Below, piece by piece: positions 1 through 12,592 of a stretch of 64,000 nucleotides of DNA (positions are counted from its first letter, which is position 1; every line of letters begins with the position of its first letter). The notes below the pieces were generated by a model. It was not told where the DNA came from. It saw nothing but the letters and a program-made list of their open reading frames with translations, and did not search any database. The DNA is from Mustelus asterias (taxonomy: Eukaryota): assembly GCF_964213995.1 (NCBI RefSeq), contig NW_027590190.1, positions 558,001-622,000 of the forward strand. Reading direction: 5' to 3'. The position numbers were made by a program, and so were the translations under genes.

Positions 1-334
1 GTGAGTTGCTGCAGTGCGTCTTGTATATAATACACACTACTGTCACTGCTTGTTAGTGATGGAGAGAGAGAATAGGGTGAATGAGGGGGCGGATAATCCT
101 GTGGGTGGCTTTGCCCTGGATTGTGTCAAATTTCTTGAGTTTTTACAGGTTTCCCTCATTGAGGAAAGAGGAAATTATTCAATTGCGACGAATTGCGAAA
201 GATTTAAATGTTTTTCCAACCCTTGGCCCGCGCTCCGTATTGTGCTCACTTGTCACTCCCACTTACTGTGTGAATGGGTGAGTATGTGTGGAGTGAGTGT
301 GTTTTCCAGACTGAATCAGCCAAATAGAAACTTA

Positions 335-1932
335 TACACATCACACACTCTCACACACATAAATACTCTCATATTCTCTCACACATGCACACACACACAC
401 ATACATACTCACACTTACTTTCTCTCTCATACGGTCTCTCTTACACACCCATACACATTCTCTCTCTCACGTTACTCATACACTCTCTCAATACAAATAC
501 ATACATCGTCTCGCTCTCTCCATCAATCTCTCACATCCCCATACACAAAAGCGCTCACATCCCCACACACACACCCATTCTCTCTTATACACAGACACAC
601 ACTCTCACATAAGCACAGTCTCACACTCTCGCGCACGCACTCTCACATGCACTCTCTCTCTTCCACTCTCTGTCACACACGCTCAAGCTGTCTCACATTT
701 CTTCACATGCTCTCTCACAATTCCTCTTGCACACGCATCTCTCGCTCTCACACACACACACGCACATATTTCTATTTTTCTTGCGCACACTATCTCACAC
801 CTCTACATTCTTGCTCTCACACACTGGCTCTCTCACAATCACTCTCTCACAAACATAGAACATGCACACACTCTAACACACACTCTTACACACAGACACA
901 GTCTCTCACATAAGCACAGTCTCGCGCACACATTCTCTCTCTCACACACACACATGCACTATCCCTCTCACATTCCCTCTTCCGTACACTCTCACTTCGT
1001 CTCACACATTCCCATGCTCTCTCTCACTCATACGGACACTTGCACACGTATTCTCTCACACAGGCACATATTTCTCTCTCTTTCACACGCTCAGTCCCTT
1101 ACACATTATCTCACACATGCACAACCTTGCTCTCAAACACTGTCTCTCACAAACACCCTCTCTTTCACACGCACACAATCTCTCACACAGTCTCTCCTTC
1201 TCTTACACACGAACACACATGTATATACAATGTATCTCTCTTTAAACACTCCACCTATCACAGACACATGTTCTCTCAACAGTCAATTCACTCACACACA
1301 CTCACGCATCCACTCTGTCTAAGTTTCACACTTTTTCTCGCTCACACACACTCTCCCCGCCCCTCCACACACACACACACACACACTCACACTCACACAC
1401 ACACACACACACACACTCACACTCACACACACACATACACTCAAACACCCCACATTGCTTCTATCTCCCACACACATTGCACATATCTTTCTCACTCACA
1501 CGCCATCCCATGCACACTTTCACACACTGATGAACATATTATTTTGCTTTCCAATAGGCACTCCCTCTCACACACACTGTCTTTCACATGAACACAACAC
1601 TCTCCCACACACATACCCTCCCTCTCAGGCACACACACTCTCTTTCACAGACATCGTGTATCTCAAATAGACACACTCCCTTTCACATCAACATACACAC
1701 AATCACACACAGAAGTACTCTTTCACACAGACTCCCCACACACACACTCTCCCCGCCCCTCCACACACATACATTTTCAAGAAGAGACACACTGTCACAC
1801 ACAAAGAATAATTCTTCAAACACACATTCTGTCTCACACACACACATTATCTCACACACCCTTTCTCTCACGCACTCTCCCCTCTTGCACGCACAGCCCA
1901 CTGTCTCACACACGTGCAAACGCATTCTATCA
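335..1932. repeat. Degenerate (CA)/(CT) low-complexity tract, G-depleted top strand
   Basis: Continuous CACA/CTCT motifs running into the N gap; the His/Thr/Ser-rich ORFs here are artefacts. Confidence 0.95.
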
Positions 1933-2126
1933 NNNNNNNNNNNNNNNNNNNNNNNNNNNNNNNNNNNNNNNNNNNNNNNNNNNNNNNNNNNNNNNNNNNN
2001 NNNNNNNNNNNNNNNNNNNNNNNNNNNNNNNNNNNNNNNNNNNNNNNNNNNNNNNNNNNNNNNNNNNNNNNNNNNNNNNNNNNNNNNNNNNNNNNNNNNN
2101 NNNNNNNNNNNNNNNNNNNNNNNNNN
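1933..2126. other. Assembly gap (194 N)
   Basis: Run of n. Confidence 1.
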
Positions 2127-2149
2127 TCAGAGTGTCTGTCCTTGACACC

Positions 2150-2470
2150 ATAGAGTACAATCATAGGATGCTACAGTGCAGAAGGAGGCCATTCAGCCCA
2201 TCGAGTCTGCACCAACAGCAATCCCACCAAAGCCCTATCCCCATAACCACATGTATTTACCCTAACTAGTCCCCCTGACACTAAGGGGCAATTTAGCACG
2301 GCCAATCCACCGAACCCGCACATCTTTGGACTGTGGGAGGAAACAGGAGCACCCTAAGGAAACCCAAACAGACACGGGGGGAACTTGCAAACTCCACACA
2401 GACAGTGACCCAAGTCGGGAATCCAACTCTAAGGCAGCAGCGCTAATAACTGTGCCACCGTGCCACCGCC
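2150..2470 (-). mobile_element. tRNA-derived V-SINE (HE1-like)
   Basis: Reverse complement gives head GGTGGCACAGTTATTAGCGCTGCTGCC, core GGGTCACTGTCTGTGTGGAGTTTGCA and CR1-type tail GATGGGCTGAATGGCCTCCTTCTGCACTGTAG. Confidence 0.85.
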
Positions 2471-3094
2471 ACCGCCCCCCCCCACCCCGATACCCCCCCC
2501 CCACCCCGATAGCCCCCCCCCCACCCCCACCCCCACCCCCACCCCGGTAGCATTTGAATGAGGGTGGGATCAAGGGGCCCGAGTAAAACTAGTCAATAAG
2601 AATCGGCGGGAAATTCTTCTCTGTTTGGAGTCATACTTAGCACAAAGCAACATGGTATTGGTGGTTGGAGGTCAAACATCTAAGTTCAGATTTCACTGCA
2701 GGATTTCGGCAGGGGAGTGTTCTGGGAGCAACAATCTTCTACTGCTTCAACAGTGACAATACCCTCCAACATGAGGTCAGAAGTTGGAATTTCCATGTGT
2801 TACACCGGACACAAACACCCAAAAAATAAGAAGGGAATTGGCTGAGACCAAGGCCGCCTGGCTCCCCAATACTGGTGTAAACTTGGTGTTTGATTCCTGT
2901 GCGACCCATCCTAGTTTTGCTGTCAGCTTCCCTACAGCTCCCTCAGCCTGACTATTTGTTCACTGGTACGTGTTTCTTGAAGAAAGACACCGACATGAAA
3001 GCAGCTGCCCGGTGATTTACACATCCCTGTTACAGAAAGCTGATCAATGTGGAGAATCAGGAAAAGATCGATGGAGAGGAAGAGGTGGAGGTGG

Positions 3095-4610
3095 CCCACT
3101 GACTCTCTCACCCTCAACCACATTTACTCACTCACCCTCAATGTTTCATCCGCACTCAAAGAACTTGACTCACTCACCCTCACTTATCCACCTTCCCTCG
3201 CTCACACACTCTCATTCATTCATCCCCACTCACAAATCCCAACTCACTCATCCCAACTCACTCATCCCAACTCACTCACCCTTGCTCACTCATCCACCCT
3301 CACACATTCAATTTCACGCACTCAATCTCATACACTCAACTTCACACACTCAATCTCACGCACTCAACCTCAGAAACTCATTGATCCTCATTCACCCTGA
3401 GTCACTCAACCTCACACCCTCACACCCTCACTCACTCAAAATCACTCACACAGATTCGCTCTCTCACTCTCACCCATCCTCACTCACTCACCCTCATTCA
3501 CTCACATTCACACCCTCATTCACTCACCAGCACTCACTCACTCACTCAGACTCACTCGCCCTCGCACACCCTCACTCACTCATCCTCATTCACTCACTGT
3601 CACTCAGTCACCCACACTCACACGCTATCACTCACTCAACCTCACTCACTAACCCTCAGTCACTCACTCAGAGCCTCAGTCACTCACCAACACTCATAGT
3701 CACCTTCGTTCACTCATCCCACTAACCCACTCTCACTCACCCAGTCTCACTCACTCAGCCCACTTACCCACTCTCACTTATCCAGTCTCACTCACTCTCA
3801 CTCACCCTCACTCACCGCACTTACCCACCTTCACTCATCCAGTCTCAATCACTCTCACTCACTCACCACACTTACCCTCCCTCACTCATCCAGTCTCAAT
3901 CTCTCTCACTCACCCTCACTCACTCACCGCACTTACCCTCCCTCACTCACCCAGACGCACCCCCACACACTCAAGCTCAATTACCCTCTCTCTCTCACGT
4001 ACGCCACCTGACCCATTCAAACTCACTGAGACTCACGCACCTACATTCACTCACACACCCTCACATATTCACCATCACTCACGTTCACCCACCCTAACTC
4101 ACAGATCCTCAATCACTCATCCTCAGTCAAACACCTTTACTCACTCACCTTCACTCATCCACCCATCCGCATTCATTCTCCCTCACACACTCTCACACAC
4201 CACCCTCAATAACACACCCTGACTCACTCACTCTCTCACCCTCACTTACTAAGTCACATTCACTCCTCACCCTCATTCACTCGCTCTCACTTACCCACCT
4301 TCACTAACCTTCACGCATCCTCACTCACTCACCCTCATTCATTCTCTCTTACCGACACTCACTCACCCACCTTCACTCACACATTCAGCCACCTTCACTC
4401 ACCCACCCTCTCTCACACACCCTCATTTACTCACGCTCTCTCACCCTCACCCACACTCACTCACTCACCCTCAATCACTCATCCTCACTGAAAGAACTTC
4501 ACTCACTCACCCTCACTTACCCACCTTCCGTCACTCACACACCATCACTCATCCACTCTCACTCCTTCAATCACTCACCCTCACGCACTCACATTCTCTC
4601 ACTCACACTC
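3095..4610. repeat. Degenerate (TCAC)n / CACCCTCACT low-complexity array
   Basis: About 1.5 kb of TCAC/CTCA motifs, almost no G on the top strand. Confidence 0.95.
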
Positions 4611-4749
4611 GCTAAACCTGTGTGTTGAGGTCTGCAACGAGAGAGAAGAAAGATCTCAAGCGGCAGTTTGGTGTTCAAATGTGGGAGCTGCCCTGCGAAT
4701 GTGGAGAGCTGGGGGGAATCCCTGGGGGCTCAGGGCCAAGGACAATGGC

Positions 4750-5295
4750 AAAGAGCCGGGGAGAACAGGAGGCGTGCTAAAGGGCAGAGAGCCGGGGGGG
4801 AAGGGCAGAGAGCCTGGGGAATGGGCCCACAGCCGGGCAACAAGGCTGAGAGCCGGGAAAGGGCAGAGAGTCAGGAGAAAGCGCAGAGAGCCAGAAGAAA
4901 GGGCAGAGAGCTAATAGAAAGGGCAGGGAGCCAGGGAAAGGGCAGAGAACCAGGAGAAAGGACAGAGAGACCAGGGAAAGAGGAGAGAGCCAGGATAAAG
5001 GGCATGGAGGCCGGGAAAAGGACAGAGAGCCGAGGAAAAGGACAAGAGAGCCCAGAGGAAAGGGCAGAGAGTCAAGGGGAAAGGCAGGGAGTCAGGGGGA
5101 AAGGGCAGAGAGCCAGAGGAAAGGGTAGGGAGCTGAGGGAAAGGGCAGGGAGCCGGGGGAGAGGGGACAGAGTTGGAGGGAAGTGTAGAGAGCCAGGTGG
5201 AAGTGCAGAGAGCCGGGTGAAAGGGGAAAAGAGCCAGAGGGAATAGCAGAGAGCCAGAGGAAAGCGCAGAGAGTCGGGGAAAATGGGCAGAGAGT
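4750..5295 (+). repeat. Purine/G-rich ~20-bp tandem repeat (AAAGGGCAGAGAGCCRGRGG-like), roughly 25 copies
   Basis: Repeated GGGCAGAGAGCC motif at ~20-nt spacing. Confidence 0.92.
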
Positions 5296-5619
5296 GGGTG
5301 ATCGACGGGCGGAGTGAGGATGTGCAAAATAGAGCGAGCACCACAACCAGATCATCTGCAATCTCAGTGAATAATGGAGGAGACTTCAGGGCCCGAATGG
5401 CCAACTCTTGCTATTAATGTCTGACCCTTCAATTAGTCAATGTTGCAATTATTTGAATTTGTAATCACATTGAGAGTTTCCTGGTCATTCAGTAAGTATT
5501 CATTCCGAAGGTAGTTTTGAAGCAAAGTCACTAATCTTCGTTTTGTGGAGTGAGGGGCAGTGAGTTGGAGAGAGGAAGGGGCATCAGTTAGTTTGAACAC
5601 AGGCAATAGCCAAAACTAC

Positions 5620-5742
5620 AATGTGGATATGCCGACGCTAGGTTGGGGTGGGCACAGTAAGGAGTCTCACAACACCAGGTTGAACTCCAACAGGCTTATT
5701 TGCAATCGTGAGCTTTTGGAGCTCTTTCATCAGGCGAGTGGC
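5620..5742 (-). mobile_element. Penelope-like pseudo-LTR fragment with degenerate hammerhead
   Basis: AGTCTCACAACACCAGGTTGAACTCCAACAGG is the reverse complement of the terminus shared with 12593, 15895, 32508, 42795 and 63030. Confidence 0.75.
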
Positions 5743-6273
5743 TGATATGAATGAAGAGACAACTTCTTCATCACAAAGTGCTGTTGTTTGAGAAATAGGT
5801 AGTGCCTGAAGTAATGGAGAAACTCTTTACACTTCTCTGTTAATCCAGTGAATGGTATGTCATTACGATGACATCAAAATGTTTTTTCTCTTTCCAATCT
5901 GATAGAGGTCGAGACAGTGATGTGAGTTTCTCCAAAGATGGCGATTCCCAAATGATAGGAGTAACAGAAGCTCAAAGGTGTATGTAGGTCTTAATCGGGA
6001 AATATTACCTTAAGTTCATAATTCTAGTCAAATTGTGACGTTCAAACATAGAAAACAGAAGCAAGAGGAGGCTCTTCGGCCCTTTGACCCTGCTCCACCA
6101 TTCACTTTGATTACGGCTCATCAATATCCTGAGCCCGCCTACTACCCATATCCACTGATCCCTTTAGCCCCAAGAGTTATACCTAATATAGAAACTTACT
6201 TGTATAAATATGTTTGATTAATTAATAAACGCAGGTAAGAGTCTAACTTGTTGAATCGACTATTCTTTCCCAG

Positions 6274-6573
6274 CGACACCGTCTCCGCCCACTCTCTACA
6301 GCCTCGTCTCTTCCTGTCAGCAACACAACTCCGCTGGCTCCATCACCTACGGCTGTTTGGCGATGGACTACTCTCCAGATGTCTCCAAACTGACCTGGAA
6401 GAAAAATGGGCAGCTGATCGCCACTGGATTTAAGACTTATCCATCAGTGAGAAACGCGAAGGGAACCTATACCCTGAGCAGCCAGTTAACCATCACCGAG
6501 TCAGAGGGAGAGTGCAGCAAAATCAAGTGTGAGGTTCGACACAGCAGCTCGGTCAAGAGCATTGGAATGCAAT
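6274..6573 (+). CDS. IGHM: Immunoglobulin mu heavy chain Cmu1 exon
   Basis: TTCTTTCCCAG acceptor; (A)[16 protein letters not shown]...[10 protein letters not shown]...WKKNG...[15 protein letters not shown]...KCEVRH; GTAAGT donor at 6574; 300 nt, phase 1-1; typical elasmobranch Cmu1. Confidence 0.96.
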
Positions 6574-6719
6574 GTAAGTGTTGTGGAACTTGGGCAAGAC
6601 AGGAACGCTCTGATTGAACTGTATAAGGCTTTAGTTATAACTGATCTGTAGCACTCTGAAAAATTGAATTATGCAAAATCCAGGTAAGTGCCTCCTGACT
6701 GAAAAGTTGCTCAGAACCA

Positions 6720-7430
6720 AAGAACAACAGAAATGTTACTGTGCAGCATGAGGCCATTTAGCCCATCATGTCTGTGCTGGCCAAAAGGGAGAACAAATAA
6801 ACGAGCCTGACAAAGTAAGCCTATTTTCCAGCCCTTGCTCCGTAGCATTGCAGCTTAAAGCACTTGAGATGCAGACCCAGATGCCTTTTAAATGACCTTG
6901 CTCCCTGGTAATTGAGCCCTCCACTTGGGGAATGAATTATTTTTGCCTACGTCCCTTATTTTTGTTGTGAACCACAATTATGTCACGCCTCAGCCTCCTC
7001 TTTTCCTAAAGAGAACAAACCCTCCCTATCCAATCTCGCCTCATGGCGGGAATTTTCAGTCCCTGGCAACATTCTTGTAAACCTCATCTCTCTCCAGAGT
7101 CATTACGTTATTCCTGCAACGTGGTGACCAGAACTGTACACGTGGCCTAACTAGCGTTTTATGCAGCTCCATCATTGTATCACTGTTTTTGCATTCAATA
7201 TCTCACATAATAGAGGAACTAATCCGATATGCTTTCTTGATCAACTTTTCCAGCTGCCCTACCATCTACAAGGACCTGTGGACGTGCTCTCTAAGGTCTT
7301 GCATTTCCTCAATCCCTCTTAACATTCCAGTTTATTGCCTTGCTTTGTTTTCCCTCCCCAAATGCATTGTGTGGCGCTTTTGACGGTTGAATTCCATTCG
7401 CCATTTCCCTGCCAATTCAACCAAACCATG
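6720..7430 (-). mobile_element. Old CR1 LINE 3' remnant
   Basis: GGTGACCAGAACTGTACA (antisense of the CVQFWSP motif) and AGGCCATTTAGCCCATC tail motif. Confidence 0.65.
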
Positions 7431-7534
7431 GATATGATTCTCAAATCGGCAGCTATGGTGCTCAAATAAAAGAACTAATTTTAATTGATGTCAATTGAAT
7501 CTTCAAGTAACGTCTGAACATTTGTTTGTTGAAG

Positions 7535-7846
7535 GCCCACGCATTCTCCCCCCAACCGTTATCCTCACCGTGAGTTCCAGTGAAGAAATCACCAGCAGAA
7601 AATTTGCAACCATCGTCTGTTCAATCATCGATTTCCAGCCAAAGTTAATGACGGTGAAGTGGCTGAAGAATGGACAACCCATGGATTCAGGAATTGTCAC
7701 CTCTCCCGCCTGTGAAGTGAACGGGAACTTCTCGGCCAGCAGTCGGCTGACAGTCTCCGCTCAGGAATGGTTCAGCAAAGTAGTCTATACCTGCCAGGTC
7801 ACTCATCAAGGATTCACCCAGAGTCAGAACATCAGCGGATCTCTGG
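7535..7846 (+). CDS. IGHM: Immunoglobulin mu heavy chain Cmu2 exon
   Basis: AG acceptor 7533-7534; (C)[35 protein letters not shown]...WLKNG...[14 protein letters not shown]; GTAAGA donor at 7847; 312 nt, phase 1-1. Confidence 0.95.
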
Positions 7847-8009
7847 GTAAGAGACTCAAACCGAGGATAAAATATACCATTCCGATGTTAATCGAAATTA
7901 GGGATCTATTAAAGTTAGTACAAAGATAGAACAACTTCTAATTTGCTGTCATGTGGTTTGCTGCATTAGGACAGTGCCCCATTCAGAATTTCATCACAAC
8001 AGCAATTTT

Positions 8010-8320
8010 TGTTATTCCTTCATGAGATGTGCATTTATTTCCCATCCCTGAGGGCACTTAAGTGTCAACCACATTGCTGTGGATCTGGAGTCACATGCAT
8101 GCCAGGCCAGATAAAGACAGCAGATTTACTTTTCTAAAGGGCATTCGTGAACCAGGTGGGTTTTTACAACAATGGCTTCATGATGATCATTTGACTTTTA
8201 ATTATAGATTTTTACTAAATTCAAATTTCACCACCTGCAGTGGTGAGATCCGAATCTGTGTCCCCAGAGTCGTGCCCTGGGTTACAAGACAATTGGCAAC
8301 ACCACCATGCCACTGTCTCC
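8010..8320 (-). mobile_element. Second tRNA-derived SINE family copy
   Basis: GTCAACCACATTGCTGTGGATCTGGAGTCA...GTGAACCAG...TTTCACCACCTGC shared with 21850-22115 and 35630-36015. Confidence 0.7.
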
Positions 8321-8766
8321 CCTTGAAATAGTGTTCCCTTCAATTTTGAAGTAACACAGTAAGCGAGGTGGTCTTGATGTCAGCTTTTTCCTGAGACAGC
8401 TGGTAAGATTTGGAGAGAGAGTCGGTGTCGGACTGTTTCACAGGTCACAGCATAGGGGTAAAATATTGGGAAGTGTATCCACCCTACTTATAAACTAACT
8501 GCCAGTACTTGGATCCTGAGTTCAGGAATGGTATATTTGTTGGGGAATACTGCAATGTTGATTCATGAGAATGAAACCGCTGCTAAAATACTTGAACAAA
8601 AAGAGAATAATTTCACAGAGCAGGCTGGTTTTCCATCCTCCATAGAGGTTGAAAGGTGATAGTTAGAGGTTGATATATCGAAGGCAACTTCGTCTCCTTC
8701 AGGCTGAAGACTGCTGTCCTGCTTCTGAAGAGGGAACTAGGGTTGATTTTCATTTTTCATTCACAG

Positions 8767-9075
8767 ATCCTCCCCAGTGCCCTGATACCACAGTGACGAT
8801 ACAGCCACCACCAATAGAACAGGTCTTACTGGAGGCGACCGTGACCTTAACCTGCATCATTTCTCATGCTCCTTATGGAGTCAATGTGTCCTGGATCCGA
8901 GACAGGAAGTATTTGAAATCAGAGATTGCCGAAAAGCCAGGAGCGAATCCTGACAGCGTGGTCAGCAACTTAAACATCTCGACACAAGCCTGGCTGAGTG
9001 CGGCTGTGTTTGACTGCGTGGTGAGCCATCAGGATCTGCCGACTCCTTTAAGAAAATCCATCCACAAGGAAACAG
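8767..9075 (+). CDS. IGHM: Immunoglobulin mu heavy chain Cmu3 exon
   Basis: TTTCACAG acceptor; (D)[29 protein letters not shown]...VSW...AWLS...[22 protein letters not shown]; GTGAG donor at 9076; 309 nt. Confidence 0.96.
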
Positions 9076-9576
9076 GTGAGCTGAGAAATTGAAGCAATAA
9101 ATGCGTCACTGTGTCTATTTCCAGTGTCAGTGTACTGGTCAATATTCAGTATTCAGTGCATTAATGGTGTCCCCTGAGTGGAAACTCCACTAACTAAAAA
9201 CTGGGGGTTGTAGATATTTTTACGGGGAAATTTGATGTGTTGATGAATGAAAAGTGAACTGAAGGCGATGTTATTGGGTTGAGATCGAATAACGAGGGAG
9301 GAGCCTGATGTGGAGCATAAAAACCAGAAAACCAAAAATAAAGCCGATCAGTTGGGCCGAATAGCCTGATTCTGTGCTGTAAAATTTCTGAAACTTCCCA
9401 GTCCAGCCCCCTGAGTTATTTGAGAAAATAATTGTGTTCACCTCTGCTCCAAACTGGAAGTCAAAAATGGAAACATTTAAAATCGAAATGAAGCACATTT
9501 TTCTTATATCTAGCCAGCAGTTTCATTGTCTCCAGAATTCTCCAGTTTATTGACATTTATTGTACATTTTCTGCAG

Positions 9577-9968
9577 ATCCAAATCCGCGGGAACCGTTCG
9601 TCTCTGTCCTCTTGCCCTCGGCAGAAGAAGTCTCCGCTCAGAGATTCGTCTCCCTCAGCTGCTTAGTGAGACGTTTCTCCCCTCGAGAGATCTTCGTCAA
9701 GTGGACCGTCAACGACAAGCCGGTGAATCCTGGGAACTATAAGAACACCGAGGTGGTCGCGGAGAGCGGGAATAGCTCCTTCTTCATGTACAGTCTGTTA
9801 TCCATTGCAGCAGAGGAATGGTCCAGCGGCGCTTCTTACTCCTGTGTGGTGGGACATGAAGCCATCCCCTTGAAGATCATCAACAGAACAGTTGACAAAT
9901 CCAGCGGTAAACCCAGTTTTGTGAACATTTCCCTTGCACTGATGGACACCGTTAATTCATGTCAATGA
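9577..9968 (+). CDS. IGHM: Cmu4 exon plus secretory tailpiece (internal donor after 9906 for the membrane form)
   Basis: TTTTCTGCAG acceptor; [26 protein letters not shown]...[19 protein letters not shown]...VDKSS; G|GTAAA internal donor; tailpiece [20 protein letters not shown] with NIS sequon and penultimate Cys. Confidence 0.97.
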
Positions 9969-9995
9969 GAATCACTCGGTTACATTAAAAACTTC

Positions 9996-10010
9996 AATAA
10001 AAAGAATAAA
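9996..10010 (+). terminator. Secretory-form poly(A) signals (two AATAAA)
   Basis: AATAAA at 9996 and 10005, ~30-40 nt after the secretory stop. Confidence 0.85.
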
Positions 10011-11592
10011 ATCTTTTTCCTCCAACGATAAATGAAATACCCAATTGCTTAATTGATTGGTTTTCAATTTTACTTCCACTATGTATCTTTGGTTTGAGTC
10101 AGGTATTTTCACGTCTCGGGCCCAAGCCTTGTTGAACCAGTGCACCCAGCTCAGATACACCCTGGGTTAGAGACAGAGTAGAGCACATTCATTACAGGAT
10201 TCTGCAAAATATCTTCACCGACTTTCCTCCCACTGAGGAGAAATCTGACAATTTCAACATTTCTGACAAACAAACACAATTTAGATCTCGGTGTTCCTGC
10301 TTCTCTCATTGTCCATGCCTTTACCATTGATGTCAGCTTTAAGCTGCTGCACCACACCCACTGAGAACTGAAGTGAGGGTCACACACAAACATGGAGCAA
10401 CAATCCCCCCCATCAGAGAGAGGGGAGAGTGAAATTGTGAACATACCGGATTCCTACTCACCCAACAAAGAGAGGGGAGGAGCAGCAGCTAACCCATGTA
10501 CCACCACTTCCTCAATGAAAAGAGGAGGAATGTCATTATTTAATCCACTCACCTCCACCTCGTCAGTGGTTAGAACCATCAGGCACATTGCTTCACCGGG
10601 TAGAGAGAGGGAAATTATGAGCTCACTCTCCTCCCTCTTCGCAAGTAACGTGTTTGGAAGGGACCAGCTCTCTACGAGAAGAACCCAGTTGCCAACAGTA
10701 CAAATTAGCTTCTGGCTTATTTGCTGCAGAGTTTGAAGTATCATTATCCTAATCAATGTGATGCATATATACTTATGCAACATAATTTTAAAATGTTTCT
10801 GCACTCTTGTTCCTGTTAATCATGTCCTGGCATTGATTTCCCATAATGCAAATTGAAACAAATGGTTGAATCCTCCCCGGTTTTTACTGTTCTGTCCCTG
10901 ATGTTTCTGAGATGCATCAATGAATGATTTCATTCGTTCTCCTGATATCTCCGTGCCACTCACATAAACTACATTCATACAGCAAAACATTGAAAATATG
11001 CTCCATTATTCGTATTGTTTGGATCATTTTCAGTTAATGATTGCGGTGAAACTTGGAGCAACAGCTAAAAAATACACACACTGACAATACTCCACAAAAC
11101 TGTCACAATTATAAATACACACACTCACACACATACACACACACACATCGACACAAATGCACAACTACACACACAAATACACATACTCACACATATGCAC
11201 ACAAATACAGAAAGACACATGTAAATATACACACACAACGCATGCATATACCCCCACACACATACATATACAGAAATAGGGACAGGCACATTCAAATACA
11301 GACACAGAAACACACAAGTACACAACAGATACACTTTCACACACCATAGGTACACTCAATACTTGCACAGACGAACACACATGCAGAGAAACAAGAATGC
11401 ACACACAAATGCACTCATGGGCAAAACATGCACAAACAAAAATACACACTTACACAAATACACCCACACAAAAATACACCCAGACACAAACACATCCGTA
11501 CACAAATATACATAGGGACACACCCATTCTCTCTCTCTCTTTCTCTCTCTCACACACACACACACACACGCACACACGCACACACACACACA

Positions 11593-12010
11593 CATAAGAA
11601 CATAAGAACATAAGAAATAGGAGCAGGAGTAGGCCATCTGGCCCTTCGAGCCTGCCCCGCCATTCAACAAGATCATGGCTGATCTGACGCGAATCAGTTC
11701 CACTTACCCGCCTGCTCCGCATATCCCCTAATTCCCTTATCGATCAGAAAACTATCTACCCGTGATTTAAGCATATTCAACGAGGAAGCCTCCACCACTT
11801 CAATGGGCAGAGAATTCCAGAGATTCACTACCCTCTGAGAGAAGAAGTTCCCCCTCAACTCTGTTCTGAACCGGCCCCCCCTTATTTTGAGGCTGTGCCC
11901 TCTAGTTCTGGTTTCCCTTCTAAGTGGAAAGAATCTCGCCACCTCTACCCTATCCAGCCCCTTCATTATCTTATATGTCTCTATAAGATCACCCCTCATC
12001 CTTCTAAACT
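11593..12010 (-). mobile_element. 5'-truncated CR1 LINE 3' end with 8-nt (TTCTTATG)n tail
   Basis: RRMRGDLIETYKIMKG...TRGHSLKI...FFSQRVVNLWNSLP; repeated CATAAGAA tail on the + strand. Confidence 0.92.
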
Positions 12011-12592
12011 CACATACGAACACATAGACACGCGCTCTTGTACAAACAGACACTAAAACAACAACATACACATACATAATCAAATATGTACAAACGCACA
12101 CATGTACACATGAAACACACAAGTACATACACATACACATACGTGAGTAGGTACAGACCCAAACACAAACACATACATGCATAGACACAATACAGACAGA
12201 TACACACGCATGCAGACCCACATAAATACACAAGCACATACTTAGACTCAAATAAATACATATATTAGCACACGTTCACGCTGATAGGAATATAGATATA
12301 AAGACACACAATGTTATACACATTCACACACATATATGGAAATACATATAAACAAATCACCAGACTGCATACAGAAGAACAGACAGCAAAACATTTACAC
12401 ACAAACATGTAGACGCAAACATTAACATGTTCATAGAACAGAACACCATAGCACACATTACTACACATCGATACACAAATATACATCAACGCACCGTTAT
12501 AAAGAATGTCAACACGTGTATACATACACTGACATGTTAACAGGCGTGCACACAGACACATGGAGAAACAGACGCACACAGAAAGGGAAACA

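Noticed and set aside
14-5404. Long His/Thr/Ser-rich and Gly/Arg/Glu-rich ORFs (e.g. 14-913, 2970-3725, 4668-5246)
   Set aside because: Translations of simple repeats that lack stop codons by composition; they lie in the Ig intron.
6231-6240. GCAG|GTAAGA donor-like site just before Cmu1
   Set aside because: Only ~38 nt from the acceptor, too short for a normal intron; no supporting upstream exon.
10392-10804. Overlapping 114-aa and 116-aa ORFs as an extra Ig exon
   Set aside because: No Ig-domain Cys/Trp pattern; probably an old repeat remnant.
10846-10853. Perfect octamer ATGCAAAT in the Cmu4-TM1 intron as an Ig enhancer
   Set aside because: A single 8-mer in AT-rich DNA is expected by chance in 64 kb; no convincing motif cluster around it.
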